DNA of 61,148 bases. It comes from Bacilli bacterium (GTDB taxonomy: Bacteria; Bacillota_I; Bacilli_A; ML615J-28; CAG-698). The translations under genes were made by a program, and so were the position numbers. The DNA is taken from assembly GCA_016296945.1 (NCBI GenBank), contig JAEDHQ010000001.1:1-61148 (forward strand), read 5' to 3'. Positions within the stretch are counted from its first letter, which is position 1. Each line of letters opens with the position of its first letter. This document shows, piece by piece, positions 29,519 through 38,472 of this stretch. The notes below the pieces were generated by a model. That model saw only the letters and a list, made by a program, of their open reading frames with translations, ran no database searches and was not told the DNA's origin.

Positions 29519-32020
29519 TTATTTAAGAATGAAATCAATCTTGACACTACATTCACCAGCAACAGTTGGAGTTTCAAAGCTTAAGTAGTATTGTGTAGCT
29601 GTACCACTTGAGACCATTGATTGAATTAAATTTTTAGCATTCGTATCTAAACAGTTATCATGAACACCAATAATATAATCATATGAAGAGGTAAAAGTAG
29701 ATAAATTCTTACCGCTTGCTAAGAATCCGACTACTTCATATAGTCCTAATTCATTATTATACTTTAGAAAAATTCTATCCCAGTATAATCCAGATACAGT
29801 TCCTGCTTTATCGCTTGACCCAAGCATAACATAATTGCCATTTCCATAACTTGTGTTATATCTTGTTGCGGTAATTGATTCGGACACATTTGTTAAGTAT
29901 ATTTCTTTTACAAATTCTGAAGTGTCTCCATCTTGATATGCTTTGATTGCAATTTCTAAAATATTACGTGTGACAGAAAAACTTGAAAATTCATAAATGT
30001 AATTACCTAAGTTTTCACTATCTTCATATTTTACATATGCTATTACACTTATATCTTGATTATACTTTTCTTTTGGAATATTATAAACAACAACATGAAA
30101 TGTGGTATTACTACCTGTTATAACCTTTTGAATTAAGTTGTTTCCATTAATAGTTGTACTATTACTTCTAAATGCTGCAATAAATTCACTTGCAGAATGT
30201 GTTCCCACAGCAAGAAGAAAACCATGTTCAACTGATTCTTCTAAAGTATCAATTGTAGCACTAAATTTAAGTCCTTGACGTTCGCCTGTTGTTCTAACAC
30301 TTGCTCCATCAATTAATTCTAATTGATATTTATCATTTAAAGAATATATTGTTTTTTCTCCTAATGTATTAGAATATGATAATGCTCGAATACCATAATT
30401 ATAACTACCGCTATCACTATCAGTCCAAGTAAAACTACTATTACTTCCACCAACAATATCAATCAATTCACTAGAATCAAATGTGACTTCACTACTACTT
30501 CTATAGATTGCATAGAATTTTGCATTGTCTAATCTATCCCATGTTAATGTTTTACCATTAACGATAAAATTATTCACTTTTCCTAAATGAATTGGATTAA
30601 TTGATTTAATTTCTGGTTGAACTACTTTAATTTTCCAACAGTTTGTTCCTAAGTGAGATGCTTGGAGGGCTGATTTTGAAGTTCCACCATCATAATACTT
30701 ACGTAAATGATCAAAATTATAAAGGCTTGCTCCACTAACATTTTCTAATGTTGTAAGATAGTTTAATTGATTATATAATTCATTTGAGTCAGTATACCAA
30801 GAAGTTGAAGTATATGTATCAGGCCAATATAAACCAATTCCTGAGTATAAATTAACATCTAAATTCTTTACTACTTTGTCCCACCAACCCATTACTTTTT
30901 TATATCCAGCAACAGAATGATCAATTGCCCAATAACTTTGTGGCATGATGTAATCAATCCAGCTTTTACAACACCAATATACAGTATCAGAGAATAAATA
31001 TGATGAATAATGAGTTTGTCCACCAGTACTAGAACCATCTGTAATTGGCCAACCATTGCCTTCATATGTTACTTCCCCACTACCATTTTTATATATTCCA
31101 GTTGGAGCAACGCCAATTTGGATATATTTGTTATTTATTTCATTAAAACTATTTACAGCACTATTTAATTGCTTAAAAAACAGATTACATTGAACACGGC
31201 GCCAATCTGCTTTATGCAACGCATTAGTTACTGTATAACTTTTACGATAGTGTTCATATTCAGCTTTATCTTCAGCACTTAAACTACTAAAATTATTACA
31301 AAAATTAACATATAAGTTATTATCTGCTTCATCTAAAATAGTAGTAGTTCCTGATGTTTTTCCATTTGCACCTAAATCAATATAGAAATAATCATCAAAA
31401 TGAACAGCATCAACATCATATCGTGAAATAAATTCAATCACTGTATCAACTACATGATCTCTTACTTCTTTGATTCCTGGATTTAAGATTGCTCTATCAT
31501 CATATACTAAGATATTATCTGAATTACTAGCAGAATTTAGTGGATAACTAGTATATTTATTAGCAACTACTTCAGCACTAATTGCACCTGAATTTGTAAT
31601 TCGATAAGGATTCATCCAAGCATGAAATTCAATTCCCCGCTTATGACATTCTTCAATAAGCCAAGCAAGAGGATCAAATGTATTAAAATTCACTTTACTC
31701 CATCCTGAATAAACAGGATTAATGTCTGATTTATATAATGCATCATTCATTTGACGCACATGAAAGATTAAAGTGTTGAGATTACTTGCCTCTAAAACAT
31801 TAAAAATATATTCCATATTTGTTTTAAAACTAGTTTCACTAGTATAATTTACTATTGATGCATCAGTAATAGGCGTAACCCAGACTGCTCTTAATTCACT
31901 TGCAGGATCAACATAATTATATGTAGTTGCTTTTGTTTCCACATTTACAGTTTCTAAAAAACAACATATTGATAATATCAACAATAAAAAACTTAGGACT
32001 TTTTTAACTATCTTCTTCAT
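29519..32020 (-). CDS. Secreted glycoside-hydrolase-like family 10 (GHL10/DUF187, YngK-like) protein with C-terminal beta-sandwich/carbohydrate-binding region
   Basis: Signal peptide. LRAVWVTP...LNTLIFHVRQMNDALYKSDINPVYSGW, the characteristic start of the GHL10 TIM-barrel. 833 aa. AGGAG RBS. Confidence 0.6.
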   Translation of the reverse strand: MKKIVKKVLSFLLLILSICCFLETVNVETKATTYNYVDPASELRAVWVTPITDASIVNYTSETSFKTNMEYIFNVLEASNLNTLIFHVRQMNDALYKSDINPVYSGWSKVNFNTFDPLAWLIEECHKRGIEFHAWMNPYRITNSGAISAEVVANKYTSYPLNSASNSDNILVYDDRAILNPGIKEVRDHVVDTVIEFISRYDVDAVHFDDYFYIDLGANGKTSGTTTILDEADNNLYVNFCNNFSSLSAEDKAEYEHYRKSYTVTNALHKADWRRVQCNLFFKQLNSAVNSFNEINNKYIQIGVAPTGIYKNGSGEVTYEGNGWPITDGSSTGGQTHYSSYLFSDTVYWCCKSWIDYIMPQSYWAIDHSVAGYKKVMGWWDKVVKNLDVNLYSGIGLYWPDTYTSTSWYTDSNELYNQLNYLTTLENVSGASLYNFDHLRKYYDGGTSKSALQASHLGTNCWKIKVVQPEIKSINPIHLGKVNNFIVNGKTLTWDRLDNAKFYAIYRSSSEVTFDSSELIDIVGGSNSSFTWTDSDSGSYNYGIRALSYSNTLGEKTIYSLNDKYQLELIDGASVRTTGERQGLKFSATIDTLEESVEHGFLLAVGTHSASEFIAAFRSNSTTINGNNLIQKVITGSNTTFHVVVYNIPKEKYNQDISVIAYVKYEDSENLGNYIYEFSSFSVTRNILEIAIKAYQDGDTSEFVKEIYLTNVSESITATRYNTSYGNGNYVMLGSSDKAGTVSGLYWDRIFLKYNNELGLYEVVGFLASGKNLSTFTSSYDYIIGVHDNCLDTNAKNLIQSMVSSGTATQYYLSFETPTVAGECSVKIDFILK

Positions 32021-32141
32021 AGTTTTTTACTCCTGACAACTCTTCAAAATTCACTTCACCAGTATTACTAAAAGTAATGATATCTTCTTCTATTTCAATA
32101 ATTTCAATAAATGGTACTTGATATTCTTTTTTCATTTTCAT
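32004..32141 (-). CDS. Candidate 45-aa acidic small protein (MKMKKEYQVPFIEIIEIEEDIITFSNTGEVNFEELSGVKNYEEDS)
   Basis: Strong RBS AAGGAGAAAGG 8 nt upstream of the ATG at 32141, placed 18 nt after the upstream lipoprotein stop. The 3' end overlaps the start of the GHL10 gene by 17 nt. It is below the size cutoff of the ORF track. Confidence 0.3.
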   Translation of the reverse strand: MKMKKEYQVPFIEIIEIEEDIITFSNTGEVNFEELSGVKNYEEDS

Positions 32142-32158
32142 TTTCCTTTCTCCTTTTT

Positions 32159-33424
32159 TTAGTATGGTTTTGTCCAGTTAGGATCATTGATTTGATAGGT
32201 TACTACGACTATTTCATCGTGCATTTCAACTTTTATATATTTATAATCCGCTTCAACATTATTTACAATTAGTTTAAAGTTGTTGCTTAACACTAATCCT
32301 TCATTTAATGTAATAATTGTTTTAATATAGATATAATCTAATGGCTTATCTATTCTAGCTTGATAGCGATCAGAACAACTACTAACAATATAATTAGTTG
32401 TGTCTAAAGTAATCTTAATTTCTCTAATGATGTTATCATTATAATTAAATGTGAGTGTTTTATTAGTTAATGTATACCCATCTTCTACTTCTTCACCATT
32501 TAATTTTAAAATGAATCTTGGAGAAAATAAACTATCATCAATAATTTCTATTGCAATTTCATAGAAATAGTTATTAACCTGATATGATAGTTTTAACTTT
32601 AAATCATTAATTGTAACTAACTTATTTTCAAAATCAATCTTTAAGTCTATTTCCTTGATTTTGTTATCCTTTATAGTTAAAGATATTTTATCATCTTCAA
32701 TATGATAATCAACTTGATTAACTACTGAATCGTTTACTTTTAATATTACATCTTCACTTAACTTTGCTTCATCATTGATTGTAATTATTATATTTATGAC
32801 TTCATAATCTAAAGTCGAAATAATCTTTGCTTGATATGTCGCATCATCGCAGTAAATAACATATTTTTCATAATCAAGTTCTAAAGTTATAGTTTTTATT
32901 TCTTCTTTAAATGCTTCTATTATTTGGTTACTAAATATTCCTGGATTACTGACTGCTAAATTATAAATACTTTCTGTATATAATTTATCACTATAACGGA
33001 ATTTGATTTCTTTCTTACTTTCATATTTATAATATAATCTAACACTTACATATTTTTTAAAGTTATCTTCAAGATCATTATCAAATAAATATGAATAATT
33101 ATTTGAATCGTTTAAAATAATATTATTATTGTATTCTATATTTCCGACGATAAAATCATTTTTATCAATATCATTTTTATAACTAATTAAAATTCCAAAA
33201 GATATAATCTTTTCATTTAATTCCTGATTATATTCATCACAATCTGATATATTATTATATTTGAAATCAATTTGAAGTCCTTTTTCTTGATTATTAATTT
33301 TAATATCTATTTGTTCAAAACCATTTGTTTCTATTGATTTTATTCTTTGATCATTACACCCAAGAATAAATGATCCTAATAGTATAAACAATAAATAAAT
33401 AGCAATATATCTCTTTTTCATCAT
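32159..33424 (-). CDS. Lipoprotein of unknown function with internal repeats
   Basis: Lipobox LGSFILGC-N. 421 aa, rich in N/K/I/D with a repetitive beta-rich composition. First gene of the GHL10 operon. Confidence 0.5.
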   Translation of the reverse strand: MMKKRYIAIYLLFILLGSFILGCNDQRIKSIETNGFEQIDIKINNQEKGLQIDFKYNNISDCDEYNQELNEKIISFGILISYKNDIDKNDFIVGNIEYNNNIILNDSNNYSYLFDNDLEDNFKKYVSVRLYYKYESKKEIKFRYSDKLYTESIYNLAVSNPGIFSNQIIEAFKEEIKTITLELDYEKYVIYCDDATYQAKIISTLDYEVINIIITINDEAKLSEDVILKVNDSVVNQVDYHIEDDKISLTIKDNKIKEIDLKIDFENKLVTINDLKLKLSYQVNNYFYEIAIEIIDDSLFSPRFILKLNGEEVEDGYTLTNKTLTFNYNDNIIREIKITLDTTNYIVSSCSDRYQARIDKPLDYIYIKTIITLNEGLVLSNNFKLIVNNVEADYKYIKVEMHDEIVVVTYQINDPNWTKPY

Positions 33425-33548
33425 CTTTCCCCTTTTATGTATTATTTTATCATATTTTTTTTAAAAAAAATATACTTTTTTCCATTTCATATTTGGTAAT
33501 TTGTAGTATAATATTATTCGATGTAAATATTATTAAAGAGGTTTATAT

Positions 33549-34253
33549 ATGTTTATAATAGAAATGGCAAAATTAAAAATTAAAATTAATAACCGTTTTT
33601 CTTTTTTAGAAAAACTTTGCAAAGACTATATTATTGATGATGAAACTTATGATTTTGAGGTTTCAGTAACTGATGATGATATTAATAAAGAGAAAAATGC
33701 CAGTGATGGTAACTTTTCTGTAGGTTATTTAGAAAGTATTTGTATTTATCGTAAGATATCAGAAAAAGTTCCCCAATATAATTGTATATTATTACATGCA
33801 GCAGTAATTAAAGTTGATAATGATGCATATGCTTTCTGTGCAAAATCTGGTACGGGTAAAACTACTCATACAAAACTATGGATGCAATTATTAGGTGATA
33901 GAATGTCATATATTAATGGCGACAAACCATTAATTAGAATTATTAACGATCAAGTATATGCTTTTGGAACTCCATGGAATGGAAAAGAGCAATATGGTAC
34001 TAATTCTTATGCAAAGTTAAAAGCGATTGCTTTTATTGATCGTGATATTACAAATTCTATTATTCATCTTCCAAAGATTGAAGTGTTACCCCGAATTATT
34101 CACCAAATATTATTACCTAAAGATGAGGATAATTTATCTAAGACTTTTGAGATATTAAATGAAGTTGTTGGTAAAACAAATACTTATTTATTAAAATGCA
34201 ATATGGATATAGAAGCGGCACAAATAGCCTATACACAAATGCGAAAGGACTAA
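33549..34253 (+). CDS. P-loop protein resembling the HPr kinase/phosphorylase C-terminal domain (HprK-related kinase family)
   Basis: 234 aa. P-loop AKSGTGKTTH preceded by LLHAAVI and followed by NGDKPLIRII, which is the same arrangement as HprK-C GxSGxGKS ... D.. Has its own promoter and AAAGAGG RBS. Translationally coupled to the next gene. Confidence 0.4.
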   Translation: MFIIEMAKLKIKINNRFSFLEKLCKDYIIDDETYDFEVSVTDDDINKEKNASDGNFSVGYLESICIYRKISEKVPQYNCILLHAAVIKVDNDAYAFCAKSGTGKTTHTKLWMQLLGDRMSYINGDKPLIRIINDQVYAFGTPWNGKEQYGTNSYAKLKAIAFIDRDITNSIIHLPKIEVLPRIIHQILLPKDEDNLSKTFEILNEVVGKTNTYLLKCNMDIEAAQIAYTQMRKD

Positions 34254-34255
34254 CT

Positions 34256-34885
34256 ATGGATAATATCACTAGACGAGATAATCAATTAGCTTATATTACA
34301 GATGAAAAAGTAATTAAACAAGCAAAAGAAACAAGAAAAAAATTACAAATATTTAATAATACTGATTGGTCAGATTTTGATAAGTTAAAAATCCTTGCTT
34401 CTAAAATTTTAGGAAAAAGTGAAAATCCATCAATCACTCCCCCTTTTTATTGTGATTATGGTTTTAATATTGAAGTAGGTAAAAACTTTTACGCTAATGC
34501 TTTTTGTACAATTTTAGATGTAGCTAAAGTAAAAATTGGTGATAATTGTTTATTAGGTCCAAATGTATCAATCTATACTGCTGGGCATCCTATTCATCCA
34601 ATTGCTAGAAATAGTTCTTATGAATATGGTAAAGTAATTACAATCGGTGATAACGTATGGATAGGAGGTAACTCTACAATCTGTCCTGGTGTAAAAATAG
34701 GAAATAATGTTGTGATTGGCGCTGGAAGTGTTGTTACAAAAGATGTTCCAGATTGGACTGTGGCCGCGGGAAATCCGTGTAAAGTTTTAAGAATTATTAC
34801 TGATGATGATAAAAGAAAATTATATAAAAACGAAGAAATTGATGATGAGGCTTGGAAAAACATATGTTTATCTTTTAATCTTTAA
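34256..34885 (+). CDS. Hexapeptide-repeat sugar O-acetyltransferase (maltose/galactoside O-acetyltransferase, Maa/LacA family)
   Basis: Left-handed beta-helix repeats GDNVWIGGNSTICPGVKIGNNVVIGAGSVVTKDVP. N-terminal Mac-type helical domain. I prefer the start at MDNITRR (34256, AAGGA RBS), 2 nt after the upstream stop. Confidence 0.8.
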   Translation: MDNITRRDNQLAYITDEKVIKQAKETRKKLQIFNNTDWSDFDKLKILASKILGKSENPSITPPFYCDYGFNIEVGKNFYANAFCTILDVAKVKIGDNCLLGPNVSIYTAGHPIHPIARNSSYEYGKVITIGDNVWIGGNSTICPGVKIGNNVVIGAGSVVTKDVPDWTVAAGNPCKVLRIITDDDKRKLYKNEEIDDEAWKNICLSFNL

Positions 34886-34952
34886 AGTCTTAAAATTATG
34901 AATTTTAGTTTTGTTTCTTTGTTTTTATTAAAATAATTTATATTTTTATTTT

Positions 34953-34992
34953 CAATAACAAAAAATAAGTTCCTTGATTTCAAGGAACTTAT
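34953..34992. terminator. Bidirectional terminator. It is strong on the minus strand, where it ends the flotillin operon.
   Basis: aaataagttccttga-tt-tcaaggaacttattt. The minus strand is followed by TTTTTTG. Confidence 0.6.
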
Positions 34993-35079
34993 TTAATATT
35001 ACAATACTTATTCTTCCTGTGGGCTTTGCAAACACTATACTTTCCAACTATTATTACTTAATAAAATAATTAGTATGAA

Positions 35080-36603
35080 CTATTCTTTCTTTTCATTATT
35101 AGAAATCAATTTACCACCTAAATAACCTGCTAATAAAGATTTAACATCGATTCCTGTTGCTTTTTCTAATCCTTCAAAAATTTGAGTACCGTTTTTTGAT
35201 ATTTCTTCTGTTAATTTAGCAGTGTTTCCTTCACCATACATCACAATTGAATCAATCTTGCTCATTGCTTCTGCAACTGGTTTACTGTAAGCATTAACAA
35301 TCTCTGGTAAAACTCCTGAGTCCAAAATTAATTGCAATGTTGCTGCTTCGCCATATTGTTTCATCGCATCTGCTTTTGCTTTGATGGCATCTGCTTCAGC
35401 CTTCCCTTTTGCTTCAATTCCAGCCGCTTCAGCTAGTGCTGCTTCCTTCAAAGCATTTGCTTTTGCAATTTGTGCACTTGCTTCGGCTTCGGCTTGAATT
35501 TTTAAAGCTTCTGCTTCTTTTTGTTTTTTTACTTTATCTGCTTCAGCTTTAATCTTTTGCATTTCTGCTTCTTGTTCTAATTCATATTTTTTTGCTTCAG
35601 CTGCTTTTTGGCGAGTAAACAATTCTGCTTCTGCTTCTTGTTGGGCAGCATATTTTTTTGCTTCCGCAACCTTATTAATTTCTGCAGCTAATTTCTTTTC
35701 TTGAATTTCTACTTCACGATTTTCTAATTCAACCATTCTCTCACGCTTTGCAATATCAGCATTTATTTGCGCAATATTTATTTCTTGCAATCTCTTTTGC
35801 TCTTCAATTTTATAGGCAGCATCTGCTTGGGCTTTAGCAGTATCCGTTTGTTGTTTTAATTCAGATTCTTTTAAAGACAATATTGTATTTTGTTCAATAA
35901 TCTTTTGATTTGCTTCAACTCTACTTCTATTTGCTGCTTCTTCAGCTGAAGATTTTGCAATTGTAACATCACGATCAGCATTTGCTTTCGCAATAGCAGC
36001 ATCTTTTGATATTTGTGCAATATTGTCAATACCTAAATTTTCAATCACATGATTATCATCAGCAAATGATTGAATATTAAAGTTTACAACTTCAATCCCC
36101 ATTTTAGCCATATCTGGTACAACATTTTCTTTAACAGAGTTGGCAACACCTTGGCGATCTTGAACTAACTTCTTAATATCAACAGTACCAACAATTTCAC
36201 GCATATTACCTTGCAATACTTGTTGAACTTGTTTAATTAAATTTTCTTCAGACATATTTAAAATTGCTTCAGCCGCTCTTTCTAATAATGCTGGATCAGA
36301 TGAAATTTTTAAGTTTGCAACGCCATCTACTCTAATATTTATAAAATTTGAAGTAGGAATTGCTTCATCTGTTTTAATATCAACTTGGAATACTCTTAAT
36401 GATAATTTATCTAGTCTTTGTAAAAAGGGAATTCTAAATCCTGCCTTACCAATTAAGATTTTTCTTTTTCCCCATCCTGAAATAATAATTGCTGTATCTG
36501 GTGCTGCTTTTACATATCCAGTTATAAAAAATACAATCAACAATGCAATGATTGCTAAACCAGCAATAATCCAACCGCCTGTACCGATTAAAAATAAAAA
36601 CAT
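35080..36603 (-). CDS. floT: Flotillin-like SPFH/Band-7 protein (FloT/YuaG-type)
   Basis: N-terminal TM anchor. SPFH domain. Long E/A/K/Q-rich coiled-coil (EAEA...AKKYELEQEAEMQKIKAEADK). 507 aa. AAAAGGAG RBS. Confidence 0.8.
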   Translation of the reverse strand: MFLFLIGTGGWIIAGLAIIALLIVFFITGYVKAAPDTAIIISGWGKRKILIGKAGFRIPFLQRLDKLSLRVFQVDIKTDEAIPTSNFINIRVDGVANLKISSDPALLERAAEAILNMSEENLIKQVQQVLQGNMREIVGTVDIKKLVQDRQGVANSVKENVVPDMAKMGIEVVNFNIQSFADDNHVIENLGIDNIAQISKDAAIAKANADRDVTIAKSSAEEAANRSRVEANQKIIEQNTILSLKESELKQQTDTAKAQADAAYKIEEQKRLQEINIAQINADIAKRERMVELENREVEIQEKKLAAEINKVAEAKKYAAQQEAEAELFTRQKAAEAKKYELEQEAEMQKIKAEADKVKKQKEAEALKIQAEAEASAQIAKANALKEAALAEAAGIEAKGKAEADAIKAKADAMKQYGEAATLQLILDSGVLPEIVNAYSKPVAEAMSKIDSIVMYGEGNTAKLTEEISKNGTQIFEGLEKATGIDVKSLLAGYLGGKLISNNEKKE

Positions 36604-36621
36604 AAATTAACACTCCTTTTC

Positions 36622-37047
36622 TTACTTAATTATTTTCCTTATATAATGCTTTATTTTTCGAAAAATTCTATTTCTTACTCTTTTCTTATAATACCTAATA
36701 TATTCTTTATTATCATTGCTTACATATGTTTCCCCACGATAAAAACCATCTACAACACCAATTATCATCTCATCAGTAACATTATATTCTTTTATAAATT
36801 GATTATCACCACATAAGACATAACTATCTTTTTTAACCCCAATTATTCGATGCAAAACATAAGTTTTATCTTTACGCTGATAAAGGATGACATCATATTT
36901 TTTAAGTCTTTTCGTTGGTTTAACTAATCTAACTGTATCAAGTCTTTGCCTAATCATTGGCATCATACTTGTCCCAATTGGTGTTGCAATATAATAACCA
37001 TTTTTTTCTATTAATTCTTTATATGAAATACTATTCAAGAATACCAC
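36622..37047 (-). CDS. Small soluble S26-family (signal-peptidase-like) serine peptidase with an apparent Ser/His dyad. It uses a GTG start.
   Basis: Box B GTSMMPMI. Box D YVLHRIIGV, with His where bacterial SPase I has the catalytic Lys (as in SipW/Sec11). Box E LCGDNQ. No TM anchor. The GTG start overlaps the PqqD gene end by 17 nt. Confidence 0.5.
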   Translation of the reverse strand: MVFLNSISYKELIEKNGYYIATPIGTSMMPMIRQRLDTVRLVKPTKRLKKYDVILYQRKDKTYVLHRIIGVKKDSYVLCGDNQFIKEYNVTDEMIIGVVDGFYRGETYVSNDNKEYIRYYKKRVRNRIFRKIKHYIRKIIK

Positions 37048-37297
37048 TCTTTTCTAATTTTTCAATAAATTGATTAATATGTTTGCTTGCTTCACTTTCT
37101 AAAACATCATATTCTGCTAGCATCTTCTTTAGTAATTCTTCCTTTTCAATTCCTTCAGCCAAATTCTTCCATAAGAATGCTCCCGTTTCATTTAAGGTAA
37201 TCATTCCTTTAAATTGCAAACTTGCTTTTCCAACAGGAACTACTGCATAACTTCCTGCAACTTCACGTAACATAAAACCTTCTTTTATTTTAATCAT
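37031..37297 (-). CDS. PqqD-family protein (RiPP precursor-peptide recognition element, RRE)
   Basis: 88 aa. ...ITLNETGAFLWKNLAEGIEKEELLKKMLAEYDVLESEASKHINQFIEKLEKSGILE is a near-textbook match to the PqqD consensus (LNeTGafIW ... YdV ... fl..L...gli). Its ATG overlaps the upstream gene's stop as ATGA. Confidence 0.75.
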   Translation of the reverse strand: MIKIKEGFMLREVAGSYAVVPVGKASLQFKGMITLNETGAFLWKNLAEGIEKEELLKKMLAEYDVLESEASKHINQFIEKLEKSGILE

Positions 37298-38472
37298 ATT
37301 TTTACTCCTGTTATTTCTTTAATCATATTAATTTCCTCAACTTTTTTGTAATTAACATTTTGAATAGTTTGATATGTTCTCTTATGAGTCTTAAAATTAA
37401 ATAATCCTTTTACTAACCTTTCAAACCAAAACCAAGGTAATAAGATTGGAATTTTTGATAAAATTGGATTTCTTCTTTTCATTACTTTAAATGGTGGAAA
37501 TAGTTTCTTTATAATCAAATGTTTTTTACTTTTTTCTAAATCATCTTTGTTTTCTAAAGAATTAACCGCTGAATTTTCAACAGTTCCATATGTTCCACAT
37601 TCAAGTATATAATTTAAAACTAAGTTAATATCTTCTTCTTTGATTTTATCTATTTTTCCTTTAAAAATATAATCACTAATAGCAATTAATGTACAAGAAA
37701 ATTTATCTAACTCTAAAGACTTAAGTTCTGAATTAATATAATTAAAATCTAATTTCTTTTGTTCTAAATAATAATATAAATCTATAATTGTACGAAGACC
37801 TGTTCCCCCGTGGCCAAAGTGTTTAGCCGCATGAACAATCATAAATACAAAGAAATCTTCATCACTTAGTTCATATAAATATTGTTTATTTTCAGCTAAT
37901 CTCACACGATCCCAAATGTTATCATAATAATTAACACCATATGATTCATCAATCATTCCCCGATGCAACTCAATATTCATATAAGGCTTTTTTATGTAAT
38001 TGTCGTGATTGCCACCCACATTATCTACAGTATAACCTATTTCTTTTAACACATTACCAGCTTTTTTTAAATCATCAATTGGAATTAAGATATCTAAGTC
38101 AGCCATTGATCTATATTGTAAATCAGGATATAGTTTACGAATTAAAGCTCCTTTTAATGGCATATGTTTGATTTTATAATGTTCCAATTCACTACATATA
38201 ATCTCTAGTTCTCCATCCTGAATTAATGATTTATATGCATTAATTGTAGCAATTTTTTTAAACGTTTTAAATATGTCTTGTTCTTCATCGATTATTAATT
38301 GTTTTAATCCTAGATATGTAATATATTCAAGACTATGAAACTTAGCATATTTTATTATTCTTTCTAAATTAAAACTATCTAAATCATCAATATGAATTTC
38401 TTTTCTAAGAATAACACTTTTTATTATCTTTAAAAAATTTAATTTATTAGGATCTCTATTCATTATACCCAT
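37294..38472 (-). CDS. Nucleotidyltransferase-family protein of the 'uncharacterised nucleotidyltransferase' (NTP_transf_5-like) type
   Basis: About 390 aa. Central GALIRKLYPDLQYRSMADLDILIP...HRGM region resembles the Pol-beta-like NTase core (G[SA]...D.D). This family is recurrently found next to PqqD proteins in Firmicutes lasso/RiPP loci. The probable start is the ATG at 38472 (GGATGG SD). Confidence 0.5.
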   Translation of the reverse strand: MGIMNRDPNKLNFLKIIKSVILRKEIHIDDLDSFNLERIIKYAKFHSLEYITYLGLKQLIIDEEQDIFKTFKKIATINAYKSLIQDGELEIICSELEHYKIKHMPLKGALIRKLYPDLQYRSMADLDILIPIDDLKKAGNVLKEIGYTVDNVGGNHDNYIKKPYMNIELHRGMIDESYGVNYYDNIWDRVRLAENKQYLYELSDEDFFVFMIVHAAKHFGHGGTGLRTIIDLYYYLEQKKLDFNYINSELKSLELDKFSCTLIAISDYIFKGKIDKIKEEDINLVLNYILECGTYGTVENSAVNSLENKDDLEKSKKHLIIKKLFPPFKVMKRRNPILSKIPILLPWFWFERLVKGLFNFKTHKRTYQTIQNVNYKKVEEINMIKEITGVKI

